Origin: Bilabrum cf. latius
Taxonomy: Eukaryota
DNA: 64,000 nt
Direction of reading: 5' to 3'
Assembly (NCBI GenBank): GCA_965178125.1
Contig: OZ237754.1
Location: 434,001 to 498,000, forward strand
The notes under the pieces are model-generated. The model ran no database searches. It was not told where the DNA came from and saw only the letters and a list, made by a program, of their open reading frames with translations. Both the position numbers and the translations under genes were made by a program. Shown here one piece after another: positions 25,441 to 38,000 of this stretch (positions are counted from its first letter, which is position 1; every line of letters starts with the position of its first letter).

Positions 25441-28400
25441 TCATGCAGACGCGTGCTACGGACGGACTCCTGCCCGTTCAGCGCCACTCCCAAAGGCGAC
25501 CCCAGCAGGTGGTTTCTTGCCGCTCTTGAGTTCATCCGACGCCGAGCGGTGCTTCTTGTGGACCGGCTCGCAGGCGTACGATGCACGCGTACCCAAAGTA
25601 CCTGACGACCGAGCAGTCACTGTCGCTCGTTGCGTAGTGGCGGAGCCGTCTGCCAGGTCCATGACCACTCTGGCGACGATCTTGCTCCCAACCACCCACG
25701 CATGCATCTCATCGTCCACACGACGGAGGCTCTGCACTAGCAGAGGGGTGTCGATGGGATCGCACAGCATCTCCACTGGCTGCGAGTGATGCTTTGATTT
25801 TGATTCGCTGCCAGCACCCCTCTGTCTGGCCAACTGAGGGGTCAGACGGTGGCCGAATCGCCCGCCAGCGAATGGACCCAGCTGGTCGACGAACCCCTTC
25901 TGCTGCCTCCGCATGAGCTGGCTGCCTCGCTTGCTCATCCACTGCGCCAGCTTGGGATAACACCCGGGCATCTTGCGATGGTCCGCAATGATGGGGTCGC
26001 ACCGCCTGCCCAGGCGCACAGTGCCGCCGACCCACGTACCCATGTCCCTGGCGTCATCCCGGGCACTCGGCTTGCAGGTTGCTTCCACAAACACGCGCGC
26101 GATTCGCTCGTTCCACCTGTCATGGTCGGCCGACGCACCATTGCCGTTGAATACGGCTGCATCGGCGCCGATCTCGTCCTTGAGCTGCTCCACACGGGCG
26201 AAGATATCCGCCTAGGCGGCTCCTGCAGGCAGCACGCAGGTAAGGAAACCACCGCTAGAAAGAACAGCAACGAGGTCGCCTCCAGCCGACTCAAGGCTCA
26301 AGCCAGCCCCAGCACCAGCGCTGTGCATCTGTCCGTCCGTGTCGTCCTCTATGCTGTGTGCGCCCAGGCTATCGCGGCCTACGTCGGCGTCGGCGATACT
26401 GCCGCGTTCCGGGTCCAAATCGATGCCGCTGTCCTACGACCCCGCAGAGTTGGATGAGCTCTCCCGCACCCTGCCCGACTCGGCACCCCTACCCGCGGTA
26501 CTGCCGACTGGTCCAACCTTGGGAGGCTTCGAGACAGACAGCCTTCCGACCGCGGTGGCCGTGGCTGTTGAGACGCTAGTGCCTCCGAGTGCCCCCCCCC
26601 ACCTCGAGGTGTTACCACGAGGACTGTCGCTCGGAGGGGTGCCATCATTCCCAGCCTGCCTGCGTCTACCAGGGAACAAGACATCGTCGTGGGTGAGTTC
26701 GTCCGCAGGACGGTCAGTGTGCACGGGGTTGGGCTCCACCGGCTCTGTCCTCGAGAGCAGCGTCGCGGCCTGCTCTGCCGACAGGCATGCGGGTTCCTCG
26801 TCCCACTTTGGGAGGCACACAGTCACCAGGTCGACCGCAGTGGTGCGGGCAGATACCTTCTTGCCCGAGCGCAGCATCACGAAGGGGAGGCCTCCGCGAT
26901 AGGCAGCTTCGGGATCAGCAGACGACTTGCAGTCCTGCAGCCAGCTGCTTACGGCCTCCATCGCCTCAACGTACTCCTCTGGGCTAAGGACGCGGCTGCT
27001 CCTCTAGCCGCCCATTCCAGGCTCCGCGACGAGGCCAACGAACGGGTAGGACCTCTGCACGATGAATTTTCGGCCCATGCACGCAGCGAACACTGTGGCA
27101 GTGTGGTAGGGCAGGTGCGAGGGCCCGCCCTCGATCAGGTACTGCATCCCACCCCTGGCAATCGTGGCCTGGCCCGCCCCGCCCACGCGCACGCCCGCGA
27201 TGTGCTCCATGGCAGGTGACACCGACACCTGGTAGCTGGCGAAGAACTCGGATCGGGCCGCGAGACCGGGCGGGACGCCTGCCCCCTCAGGTTCCGCCCT
27301 CACCGCTTGTGCTGAGGTAGAGAAGGACGAAGAGGATGAAGACGACAGAGCCATAGCACGCCCTGCCGATCCACCCGCGCTCTGTCCTTGTCTTCCCATG
27401 CCGCTAGCAGCGGCAGCTGCCCCCAGTGCTGCAGCTCCACCAGCAGCCGACACGTCCAGGTCAGCGGGGTTGACTCCGTTGCCCTCGATCGGGAACTGGT
27501 ACGAGATCGCCGGGATGGGGCACGCACCCAGCACTGTCTGGATGCTCTCCTGACCGATGGCCGAGCACTTCTTGCGCAAGGACTCCCGGGCCCTGCTGCC
27601 GCCCGTGTCCGCGCCTGAGGAGCCTTCTTTTTCTTCCTTGCAGGGCGGCACCACGCCGGCCACGTCCAGCCAGGCGTCTGGATTGTTGGAGATCTGCGAG
27701 CAGGTGCCGCAGATGGCCCTGATAGCAGAGCACATCGCCCTCGCGAAGGCAGACTGCAAGGACACCGGGAGCACCACGCCAGCCACCCCGCGGCCACTCA
27801 GGTGCTCGCCGGCCCTCGCGAACGCAGAGACGAGATTCTTCACAAAGTTCTCGACGCACTGCATACTGTCGGTTCGCATGGCCTCGATGAGCGCGGCGCG
27901 CGCCTTCGCGATCGTCTCCTGGTCCGTCGGAAGCTCTCGTATGGTCGACTGCAGCCTGGCGAGCTCGGCCCGCTTCGGATCGGCGGGAGAGTGCCGGCTC
28001 GCAGCTTCCCGGCTTCGTTTGGCTCCGATGATTCCATCAGCGGGAAGCGCCTGAGCCGTTGCAGGCTGTGCTGGCTGCGCATTGGGATGGCAGCCGTCGA
28101 CGACTTGCGCCTGGTTGCCCACGGCAAGCGTGAAGGCAGGCAGTCCCTGCGGGACGGGCGCTCCTGCGGCAGAGCGAGACTAGAATGATATATCTTGCTC
28201 TGTGCCGTAGAGCTGATGAACCGTCCCAGGCTGCTGCCAGGCTCGTCCCAGGAAGCCTGACCCACCGATCGCCCCAGGCATGGCAGGCGGTCCTCCGAAA
28301 CCAAACTACCCACCTGAAGCACCCAAGCGGTAGCTTGCTGCAAGGCCAGGATGGCTTGCCATACCCCTGAAGTCATCATGCGTTGTAGCATGACCCAAAT

Positions 28401-29500
28401 TCGCGAAACGAGACAGCTATGACAGCCCGGACACCGGAGGGCTGCCTTGCGAAGCTCCCATGGGATTCTTGGACGATCCTTTCAGCGATTGAAGCGCCAG
28501 CACGGCATCCGCCTGAATATCTTGATGCTATTGCGCACCTTCATCTGGTCTCTGGCTGAAAGTTTGGTCAGGTACTCCCGATGCGACCTCAGGAGGCTCG
28601 GCGACCGCTTTGTGAGCCGTCTGCCCTCGGAAACCCATCGCATGGACCCCAGCTGTGCCATAGGCTGGACCATATCCGGTTTCCACACCAATTCTGCCTT
28701 GTTGAGCCAGCTGACCGGCTGGTAGCTTGCGGTATTGCATGTCAGGGGATGAGAATCCGCCGCCACACCGGCCACCTCCAGCCACTGGAGCACCGGGGGT
28801 TGGGAATCGTGGCACTGCATCTGCCTACGATAACATGTGAGGCTACAGTCCGCCTAGCCCGCGAGGATTCTGCGATTCATAGGGTCCCGGGGTCCTAATG
28901 CGATCTCCCCTCGAGAACTGTCCCTCACAGTACGCATCGCCACCCGACGCTCCGAATGATCTGGAGCCACCGAACGGAAAACCGTGTAGGTTTGAAGGCA
29001 CAGACGGCTACGAGCTGAGCATATCTGCCGGGCCTGTTGACGAGGCGACTCTGCCCGTCGCAGTCTCCGCGATTTCCGCTGGCTTCCTTGCGAGCCATTG
29101 TCGCCCATCAACAGGCTGCTGGGCAATCTAAGCTTGCATACTGTAAACTTCTTCGTGCTATTCTGGTTTCAAGCCTGTCGATGACCGCGAGTTCTTCTCT
29201 TGCGCCGACTTGGAGAGGTTGAAGTCGCCTCGAAGACGTCGGACAGCGCGGGCTTGGCGCTTCAGCGTCTCTTCCTGGTGCTCTCGCCGCCGCAAGTCGG
29301 GCAGCTCCTCGCAAGGTATGCGCATCTTGAGGCATCTCGCGCATGGTCGCGATCCATCGCACCGTCTCTGCGGCAGAAGCGGACGTGGAGGAATAGGAAA
29401 GGCAACAGTGGGAGCCAACCACAATGAGCGACCCGTTCTTTCGGGGTCAAAGAAGCCATCCCACCTTAGCTTTAGCGCATCCTATGCATGCTCTATTCAT
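25441..29500 (-). CDS. Zn(II)2Cys6 binuclear-cluster transcription factor, possibly with PAS-like C-terminal region; complement(join(25441..29367,29465..29500)), 1320 aa; about 13 TAGs
   Basis: Exon 1 MNRACIGCAKAK plus exon 2 RRCDGSRPCARCLKMRIPC gives C-x2-C-x6-C-x5-C-x2-C-x6-C. ORF-track pieces 29158, 28528, 27004, 26434, 26212 and 25456 are one frame joined by TAGs; TGA at 25441. Confidence 0.88.
29368..29464 (-). other. Spliceosomal intron (97 nt) splitting the Zn2Cys6 cluster
   Basis: AAG|GTGGGA donor and a pyrimidine-rich CTGCCGCAG acceptor; splicing completes the six-cysteine motif. Confidence 0.88.
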
Positions 29501-30076
29501 GTTTCGGAGTTTCTCGTTGAGTCTGCCGCACGAGTGGCGCTGCGCTAGTTAAAATCGGGAGGATGAGGATTGTACCGGTTGCCTGCGGCGGCATCTCACA
29601 GCGGGCAGTCCTGCACGTGCCCACTGTGCAACCGCTGCTGGGCCGACCACAGCGATTGCAGGAACCAACCACCGGTCAGGTGTAGCTTATTAGTGCATTC
29701 ATGCGGATTTTGTGCGATCAAAATACTAGTTGTAGCACGGAATAGCAGCGTAAGCAGCAGGAAGCTTGTGGTGGATGCAGTCGGTAGCCATCAGCTGAAC
29801 AGCGCCAGCCCGATATACGGTTGCAAGAGGCTTCAAAGGGATAACATGTACTTACATGCAAAGTTAAAGCCTGCCAGGCTCGCTGACCCGTCCAAGCCAC
29901 GTTGCGTTGCGCTCGGCCGCCAGCGGATGTGTCGCTTGCTTGCGGACCAGCAGGACAAAACAGCGGAACCAGGTCGCAACATGAATGATGCGCGGCGCCT
30001 CTTTGGTCGCGACTTTTCCTACTGTTCCTGGCGCTATTCTGACATTGTCACTCAATTTGAGGTAGTTTTATCCAAC

Positions 30077-32185
30077 ATGGATACTTACCTATGCGGTATG
30101 ATCAAGACTGGTGTATTAGGATCAGAAATAAAGTCTCACGGAAAGTCGGTGTCTCTGCCCATTGCTTTCGGATCCAAGCACAGCCTTTTGCAAGTTGCAA
30201 ACGCTCCAGCCAACACGTTTGGGGTCACAAGCGATGGAAAGTTGATCTCTGTTGGACAAGGATCCCATGGTAGGGCCGGAACTGGCAGCTACAAAACTGT
30301 AGAGCGCTTCACGCCTATCCGACCCGCGCTAGCATCACGTGTTCGATTCGTGCAAGTTTCTGCTGGCGGATGGCACGGGCTAGCACTTGCATCCGACGGA
30401 ACAGTCTATCAATGGGGTTATGCATTAGCCACGCATGGCAACCAGAGGATGAAAGACCTCCTGCAGCCCACGCGAGTGCCAGATCCTGCGTCAGGAACAG
30501 GACCATCGGCTTCCAGCGACACCAGCAGTGCCACCCACCAAGCAATATAGGTTACCTGTGGAGATAATTGCAGCGGATATATCACAAGGGATGGGTCTCT
30601 GTTTACGTGGGGCTGCGGCCCTCTCGGCATCCGCCCGAGAGCATCAAAGCGAGCATCGAGGCAGCCACCCCACAAGATGACTGCAGAGGTGCCTACAAAG
30701 GTGCACATCGGAGCCTCTGAGCGGAGCAGGAGGACCGCAGCTGCAGCAAGCCACGTCTCTCACGGAGAGGACGCCGATGCATCGATTCGAGTGGTGCAGG
30801 CAGACCTCTCGCAGCTCCACGGCGCGGCGGTCACCGAGTGCGGGCGCGTGTGGATATGGGGCTCCAACCAGAGCGGGTGCTTGGCACTGGGCTCAAGTAG
30901 GAGCAAAACGCTACCCAACGGGTCCTATGGACACATGGTGTACGCAGACCCAGCCAATTGCCTCGATGATGAGTCAACGGCTGGTGCTGCCGGTGATGCT
31001 GGGGCTGCTGCTAAAGGCGCAGCTGGCGGCGCGGGCGCGTTGTCTTTGTCTGCAGATCCATCAACAGCCGGAGTGGGAGAATTACCAGCCGGTGCATCAT
31101 CGGGGGCGGGTACTGGAGGATCCACTGCCGCGTCCTATCCTTCGGGCCCCTCCTCGGGCTCTCCATCGTCACCTTCACAGTCACTGGCCGTTGCCCTGGC
31201 CCCGCGCAGGATGGGGAGGGAGCGGTCCCTGTCGCACGGTGACGCGACGGGCAGGTCGAGCCTGCATGTGGCTCACGGAGGAGACGAGCATGATGCACAT
31301 TTCAAGGACGAGGACAGTGAGGGGGAGGAGTGCGGCGAAGGGAAGAAAGACCCATCGGCAAGCGCTGGTGATGCTGCTGCCTCGTCTAGGGGAGGAGGTC
31401 ACCGAGGAGGGGCCGCTGAGGGGAGGCCATCCACGGCAGAGGACCGCAGCACGGGGTTGGGTGTGGACGCGGGCGAGCGGAGTTCTGGTACAGGTGCTAG
31501 TGTTGGCAAAGAGGCCGGCGCTTCAGGCGCTTCAGGCCGAGCAGCCACGGGCGGTGACACGTCGGGCGGTTCGGGCGCCGGATCAAGCGGCACCAGCACC
31601 AGCCTGAGACCCTTTTTCCTTCAGGTGTCCTGCTCCAGCGGCTCGCACCACCCATCCACTCTTGCCGTGGATCGAGAGGGCTACCTCTGGGGGTGGGGCT
31701 CCAACTACAAAGCCAAGCTGGGCGGGGGCGGGTACTGGAAGCATGGAGACAAGGACGCGTACCCCGACCCGAAACCGATGCCAAGGGAGTGGTTCGGCGG
31801 GGCGAGGGTTGCCAGGGCTGTGTCGGGTGGGATCCACAACGCCTGCGTGACGGAGGACGGCGTGGCGTACTCGTGGGGATGCGGCTCCGATGGGAGGATG
31901 GGTCACCCTGATGCGGTGAACTTCCGGTACCTGTACCGCGAGACGATGCCCAGGCCCGTGGAGTGGGTGTGCTCGGACGCGAAATACTCGCCGGGGGGTT
32001 CTTCCGGGAGCAAAGGCCGCAGGACGGTGCCGTTGGGAGGCGGGAAAGGGGAGAGCCCTAAGGGCTGGGTACGGGTGTATCAGCCCGCCGGGCCGGGACA
32101 GGGCCGGGCCGTTCTCAGGCGGTGCGTGCGGCTGACGTCGTCATACCGCAACATGGCATTTGTTTATGACGATGGCAAGGCCTGA
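30077..32185 (+). CDS. RCC1/BLIP-II beta-propeller repeat protein, about 702 aa; TAG at 30548
   Basis: Repeats FVQVSAGGWHGLALASDGTVYQWG, AI*VTCGDNCSGYITRDGSLFTWG, VVQADLSQLHGAAVTECGRVWIWGSN and SGGIHNACVTEDGVAYSWGCGSDGRMG; TGA stop. Start uncertain (upstream in-frame ATGs back to 29846). Confidence 0.92.
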
Positions 32186-32284
32186 ATGACTGGTGCGCTG
32201 GGTACACCATCGTGCTCGTGCCGCAGCACCTGACCAGCTACTGTGTCGTGCCCGTGTACGGATGAAAGTGAGCAAGTTCTACTA

Positions 32285-32427
32285 GGTCTGACGCACCTCA
32301 TGAGTCATGCACAGTAGCACGCAGTGGCACTGGTCTGACGCACCTCATGAGTCATGCACAGTAGCACGCAGTGGCACTGGTCTGACGCACCTCATGAGTC
32401 ATGCACAGTAGCACGCAGTGGCACTGG
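32285..32427. repeat. Perfect 47-bp tandem repeat, three copies
   Basis: GGTCTGACGCACCTCATGAGTCATGCACAGTAGCACGCAGTGGCACT starts at 32285, 32332 and 32379. Confidence 0.97.
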
Positions 32428-34707
32428 CCAGCTTTGCTAGACCATCTCGGTTGGACTCTCTTCGCTGTCCGGGCCCCAGCCGAGCTGGACCCCTCTGAGG
32501 TACAACGCCTGCAGCACTCTATTTCCGCACGCGATCTACGTGTTGTTCTAGCGGTGAAGGCCTGAGACGTCGAGCCAGGCCCCAACACTTACTTGAAGAG
32601 GAGTCCGTCCGTCATGTAGACCTAAGCGCTCACATGGCGGAAGCCTCGCACACAATTTCTCAAGTGCGAGCTTTGGGCTGGTGCTCCACTCCAGGAAATG
32701 CAGTAGAACCGCCCCGTCCATGTGCAATCTGGCGTTTGTGACATGGGCTGGCTAGCTGCAGGGTGAAGCCAGGTCCTCGGACTGCAACATACCCTTAGTT
32801 GGGGCTACTGGTACCGCCCCGCTTCCTGCGTGCCACGGGCGACACTATGCTCCTGACAAGGCATGCCACTACTTTAGTGCAGGGTCACTGCTGGTAGCTA
32901 GATTGGCGTTATGGATGTTGGCCCATTGGACCAGGTCAGTGCGAGCCATGTACTTTGTGATCTTGCCTGCGGCCTTGTAGCGCTCCTTGGTGTCTGCCGG
33001 CTCGACTATCACCGGCCAGTCCCACGGCCGGCCTTGCTACGCCAACTAGCTTCGGGCGGCGGACATGTCAACCTCAGCTGCCACTCGACGAGCTATCTCT
33101 TGCGATCGGATGGGCGCAATTGCGGAGACCCAGCCTGCTTGCAACCCGGCATTCTCAAGAGTGGCTCTGATTGCTTCCTCCATGGGTGAGTTAGAGCCGA
33201 CACAGCGAGCAATGGGCATGCTCGGGTGCAGCAGGAGCTCTTCAGGCGGACACACTGTGAAGTTGCTTTCAACCGTCGGCTGCAGTGAAGCCAGTGCGTA
33301 CCGATTGGAGAACTCGATCGATGCGGGCAGCAGCTCACCGGCCGTGGTGGCATGCTCATCTGCAGCGGCTGCCAATTTCAGTACGCTGGTTACGTTCAAG
33401 TACTCGTCGAGGTCTTGGTGCACCATCCACTCCGTCAGCGGTTTACCGTACTTGAATAGAAAATGCTGCTGGGCGTGTGGCTAAGCCTCACCAGCGTATG
33501 CATCGTTATCGAGAGAGTGAGCATTATACATTCTGAATGGCCAAGACAGTTCTAGAACTACGGGCTCCTATGAAATCGTCTGGCGCACTTGCGGCAAGCA
33601 CAGCTCAGAGGCCTCCAGTTGCTGCTCGTGGCAAATGTCGCTGCCCATGAGGCCTGCTCCCAGCATCGACGGCGCTTTGGGATGGGAAGGGCCGAGGGGC
33701 CAGACAGCCTTGCAGTATTCATCCCTGGCAGCAGCTGCAATGCAGGCACCTTGCACCCATTCGTCGTCGTTTCGATACGCCACGAGCGCCTCCAGCCCCC
33801 TTGCTGCGTGATACGCCGCCCACGTCGGGAGGTACCTCTCCCTGTCCTCGAGTAGCATCATGGTGGTTGCAACCACGCGGTGGGGCCTCGGGTCTGCTAG
33901 GTGTACATCGTTCGAGGATTGCGTGCCGGTCCCTGGGCTTTTTCTGTGTGCGGTGGATGGTGCGTTTTTCTCTGCCCGAGGCCACAAGCAGTCCCATCCC
34001 GGCGTTCGGACGCACTCATCAGGATTCTCGCGGAAGGCGGAAGCAGCAAAGTTACCTCCTGGTCTGACTGGGGCAGCGCCCATCTACTTCTGCAAAAACT
34101 CGACGTGGAAGAGCCGGAGAGGGTATGTCCGCCCGGCAAACGTGACGCACACGTTGATATACGCCTCAACCGGCAGGTCTCGTCTCAGGTACGCCGGCAG
34201 TCTCCATCTGATCACCTTGGCGGACAAAGCTCGCTAGGCCCTCGGTGGGACAGTACGCATAGACACTGGCGACCCCAGGGAAACCCATTTCGACTCTGCT
34301 CGTTCTAGCCTTGCATACACCAGGAGACCGTCCCAGGTGAAGGGAGCGCGACGGTAGGACGGCAGAATCGCAAACACTTGGCCATCACGGGCAAATGTAT
34401 CGTAGATCAAGTAACGGCGACCAACATTTGCGACATTCAGCCTTGCATCTATTGCCTCGGCTGGCGGCGGATCACCCAGCCGCCACGCACATGATTGCAG
34501 GGGCACCCCGCCTGGACCGCTCGAAAGCTCAGACTAAAGCGCGCCATGTGCAGAATCTGAACACAACATGATTGGTCGAACTCGATGGTACGGGTGACCG
34601 GAATTCGATAACATGCTGGACTAAGTTGCATCAACTACTGCGCCACCGGCGCATAAGCTCTACACAATCACCAGCGTGGCAAAGGCAGCAAGTACACTCC
34701 CTAGCAT
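32392..34707 (-). CDS. Glycosyltransferase family 92 / GT-A-like protein with N-terminal signal or anchor, 771 aa; about 15 TAGs
   Basis: MLGSVLAAFATLVIV* N-terminus with an in-frame TAA just upstream; motifs RYLPTWAAYHAARGLEALVAYRND, GEA*PHAQQHFLFKYGKPLTEWMVHQDLDEYL (DxD), TKYMARTDLVQWANIH and VLLHF; TGA at 32392. Confidence 0.82.
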
Positions 34708-35093
34708 ATGTTACGAGAGATAAATGTTGATACTATTTGCTTCTCATCCAATTAGCTGCTATGTATCCCCGACAAATTGGAGCTGAGCATACGTGCAGTG
34801 AATAAACCAGAATTCGAAACGGCGCACAACTTACCAATTCCGAAAAGCAGGGGATCAGTCGCAGAGCTCTCCGACCTGCTGCGCAACACATTTCAGTCTC
34901 ATATCGGCACCACCAAACCAATTCCTCTCGATGACTTGATGGCCTGCTGCGCGGGAAGCTCGCTGCAGTGCAGCACCCACGGCGGGCCCTGCTCACTGGC
35001 TCGCGTGGCCCATTCTTCATATGAGTCCCACTGCTCCCTGCATCCAACATTTTCCGATAGAGAGAGCGCACTTGCGGCAGTACTTGCAACCCT

Positions 35094-38000
35094 TCAAAGT
35101 TTCGCGGCTGAACTACTGGCAGTCGCCAGATCGACCGGAGAGAACAGGTCAGCCTCCATCCAATGCAATGTCTCTCTCACAGAAGCTGCAAAATGCTCCG
35201 CCAAGCGCTAAGGCACGTGGTGCCCAGACCCCGAAGCGGTCTCGATTACCCCCCTCGTAGATGCCGAGAGCCTGCCAAGTGCACCTGCGTCTCCCACCGG
35301 CGGGGCAGTCGCGCTCACGTGGAAATACAGCGTGGTAGGCAGCACGAAATAGCTCACTCCGATGCCAGGCACCGCGGTTGGGCCGAACCCACCGCCCAGC
35401 GACGCGCAGGCAGGCAGCTCGAGCCCGTAGTTTTCCGCCACTAAAGGGGTCTGCGAGGTCGACAGCTCGAAAGGCAGCTGTGCGGCCCTGCTGTACAGCA
35501 GCGCAAGGCCCGGGTGCTGCGGGCCAACGCCTGCAGCAGCGCCTGCTCCGCTCATGGCAGCTATTTGCATGGCCATGAAGTGCCTGTCCACCCCTTGTCC
35601 CAGCCCCGCCTCGGTCGAGATGACTTTGTGACGCTTGCATGCCGCCTGGAACAGCTGCACCAGACTTTCTCGCGATGGAATACCCTTGGCGTCCGGCTGT
35701 GCGGGGTTCGCACCAGTCGACGCCTGCGATCCCGCATGAGCGACACCACCGCTGCTTCCAGTCGCGACCATTCGCGCAATTGCGGCATCTACGAACACCT
35801 GGGCCTCAGTAGAGCAGCTGCGGATCGTGTCCGTCCTGCCCAGGTGAAACCGCCGCGTGGAGGCAGATTCGTACGTAAGCACAGGGCGCCCAAAGTAACG
35901 CCGCGCCGCGACCTGAAGCGCCATCTACACCAGTGCGTCGGGTGAGCACCGCGCCCTGTGCTTAACTGCCTCCTTGCCCCACCTCAACCATGTCAGCACG
36001 CGAATCCCAACAGAGGCGGCAAGGTCTCTGAAAGATGCAGCCGCTCTTGGTACGGTGAGAAGAAGCCCCCCACGGTTCGTGTCTTCATCGGCAGATATCC
36101 CTGCAGCTGCACCGCTGCTGCTGCCACGGCGACTCGAAAGGGCGATGGTGCCAGATGATGCCATGTCCGACCCTCCGGCACCCGTAGCGCTCTTGGCAGG
36201 CTTGAAGCCGTCCCATTTCAGCCGAAACGGGGCAAAGGGCCCGAGGCTCCTTTTCGCTGCAACGAGCTCTGGCTCCGTCAGAGGCCGGAAGGAGCCGTCA
36301 ACTGCAGCACCATCCTCCGGTAAAGTACTCTAGCTCTCATCTTGGTGCTTCTCTGCACTGGCGCTGGCAGCACTGGCTGTGCCATCCCCGCTCCTGTCTC
36401 CCTGAGCTGACGCCTTGCCGCCGGTCAGTTGTCTGGAGAACATCTTGTGCGCCAGCTACTCACCGAACCGCGCCTTAGCAATACTAAAGAATCCTTCATT
36501 TTCTCTCGAAGCCCACTCTGGGTCGTAGGTCCCTGCTGGCGCGTGCCTGCCCTCGTGCACCACCACGTGCTCCACCACGTGGGACGGTATCGGTGCGTCC
36601 GCGGGCGTGTGCTCGATCGAGGTTCCACCTCGTCCGTTCCGAAACACCACGAAGTTGAACACCGCGTCAGACCAGAGAGAGTGGCCGTTGCCATGCAGCA
36701 TCCAGCGCACGTGTGCGTTCGGGTCGCCCTCTGGAAGCGGGGCCGCGTCGGGAAGGGAGATCACGAAGGCGCTCGATTCGATCCTCCTGAGGTTGTCCGC
36801 ATTCCTGGCAGACTCCTGCTGCAACGCCCGCCTGGCCCTCGCCCACCTGTCTCTCGGCATTGTGGTGAGCAGAGCGATGGGAGGACTGTCAGGGTGCGTC
36901 CACTACGACGGCTTGCCACCGACGCAGCTGAAGCCCACCGTAGATCCTGACTCGCTTCCGTAACCCTCCACCTTTGCCTCCATGGAAGTGCTGCTTCCAC
37001 CACCCGTTGATCGTGACGAGTGGCGCGACCTATGCGGCAGAGCTTCTTCCGCCCTTGTGCTGCTTCCCCCGCTGGACCTGGAGGCATACGGGGACTCGGT
37101 GCACGCCACGCGCACCGCAAGGTGAATCTCCTCGGGGGTGGCTCGCCTGCCGCCACGCTGCACCGGGACGACCCAAATCGCCGTGCCCCGCAGCACAACG
37201 ATATCCAGATCGCCGAGACGGCGCAATAGGGGTTTCACCGTGCGGGAAGGCGTGCCGTCGCACCCAGGCGGAGAAGTCACCAGGCAGAGCCTCCTTGACT
37301 CCTCAGGTCTACCAGCCGTCTGTCCTGCAGCAGCCTCCTGTACAGTCCCCTTTTGCTTGCTCTTTGCCGCAGGCTCCTTCACGATGGAGGGGCGGGTAAC
37401 CTGGATGATGTCTTCTTTCTCCCCTGGCAGCCGGAAACAGCCAAACATGTACCTGTAGCCGTCCATGCAAACGGGCAGGAAGCCACCTTTGGGCGGAGGC
37501 TTGCTGGAGAATGACCCCGCGGGTCTGCTGTCGAGCACCCAGGTGTGACGAGTGACCTTTTGGGGCCTGGTTTGAGCCCCCTTCACAGTGGGGGCCCCTC
37601 CCAGCAGCATGGGCGGGAGTGATTGCGTGTCGATCCGGTCCATCATCTCAAGTGCGGCCCCTGCCATGCCGGCGGCTCGCGCCGCGGGGTCCCTCGTCCT
37701 CGCACCCATCCAGCACATCTCGGTGGAATAGAAGGACGAGTGCACTAGCAGCGGCTTCCGTCCCCTTAGGTAGGCGAACCTCAGCCACGTGTCCCGCAGC
37801 CAGTTGCCCTGCCCACGCATCGAGGGCACGCGCGGAACCTTCGATTCCAGGAAGCGTGCTAGCGAACCTGCCCCCAGCGCCTGGGCAACTGCTCGGACCA
37901 TCCTGCCCGCCAGAGCCGGCTCCAGGGAAGTGGAGCAGTCCCCCCCGGGGTAGAAGCATGATATTGAGGACGACCAGCCTTTGGACATGCCTGCCGCCGT

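Noticed and set aside
32285-32427. CRISPR-like array
   Set aside because: The units are contiguous with no spacers, the context is eukaryotic and there are no cas genes.
35925-35927. TAG as pyrrolysine, Leu, Glu or Tyr, or as Trp through A-to-I editing
   Set aside because: TAGs map to conserved Gln columns and Gln tracts, and no pyl genes are present. U-to-C editing to CAG cannot be excluded without RNA data but is unlikely at about 130 nuclear sites.
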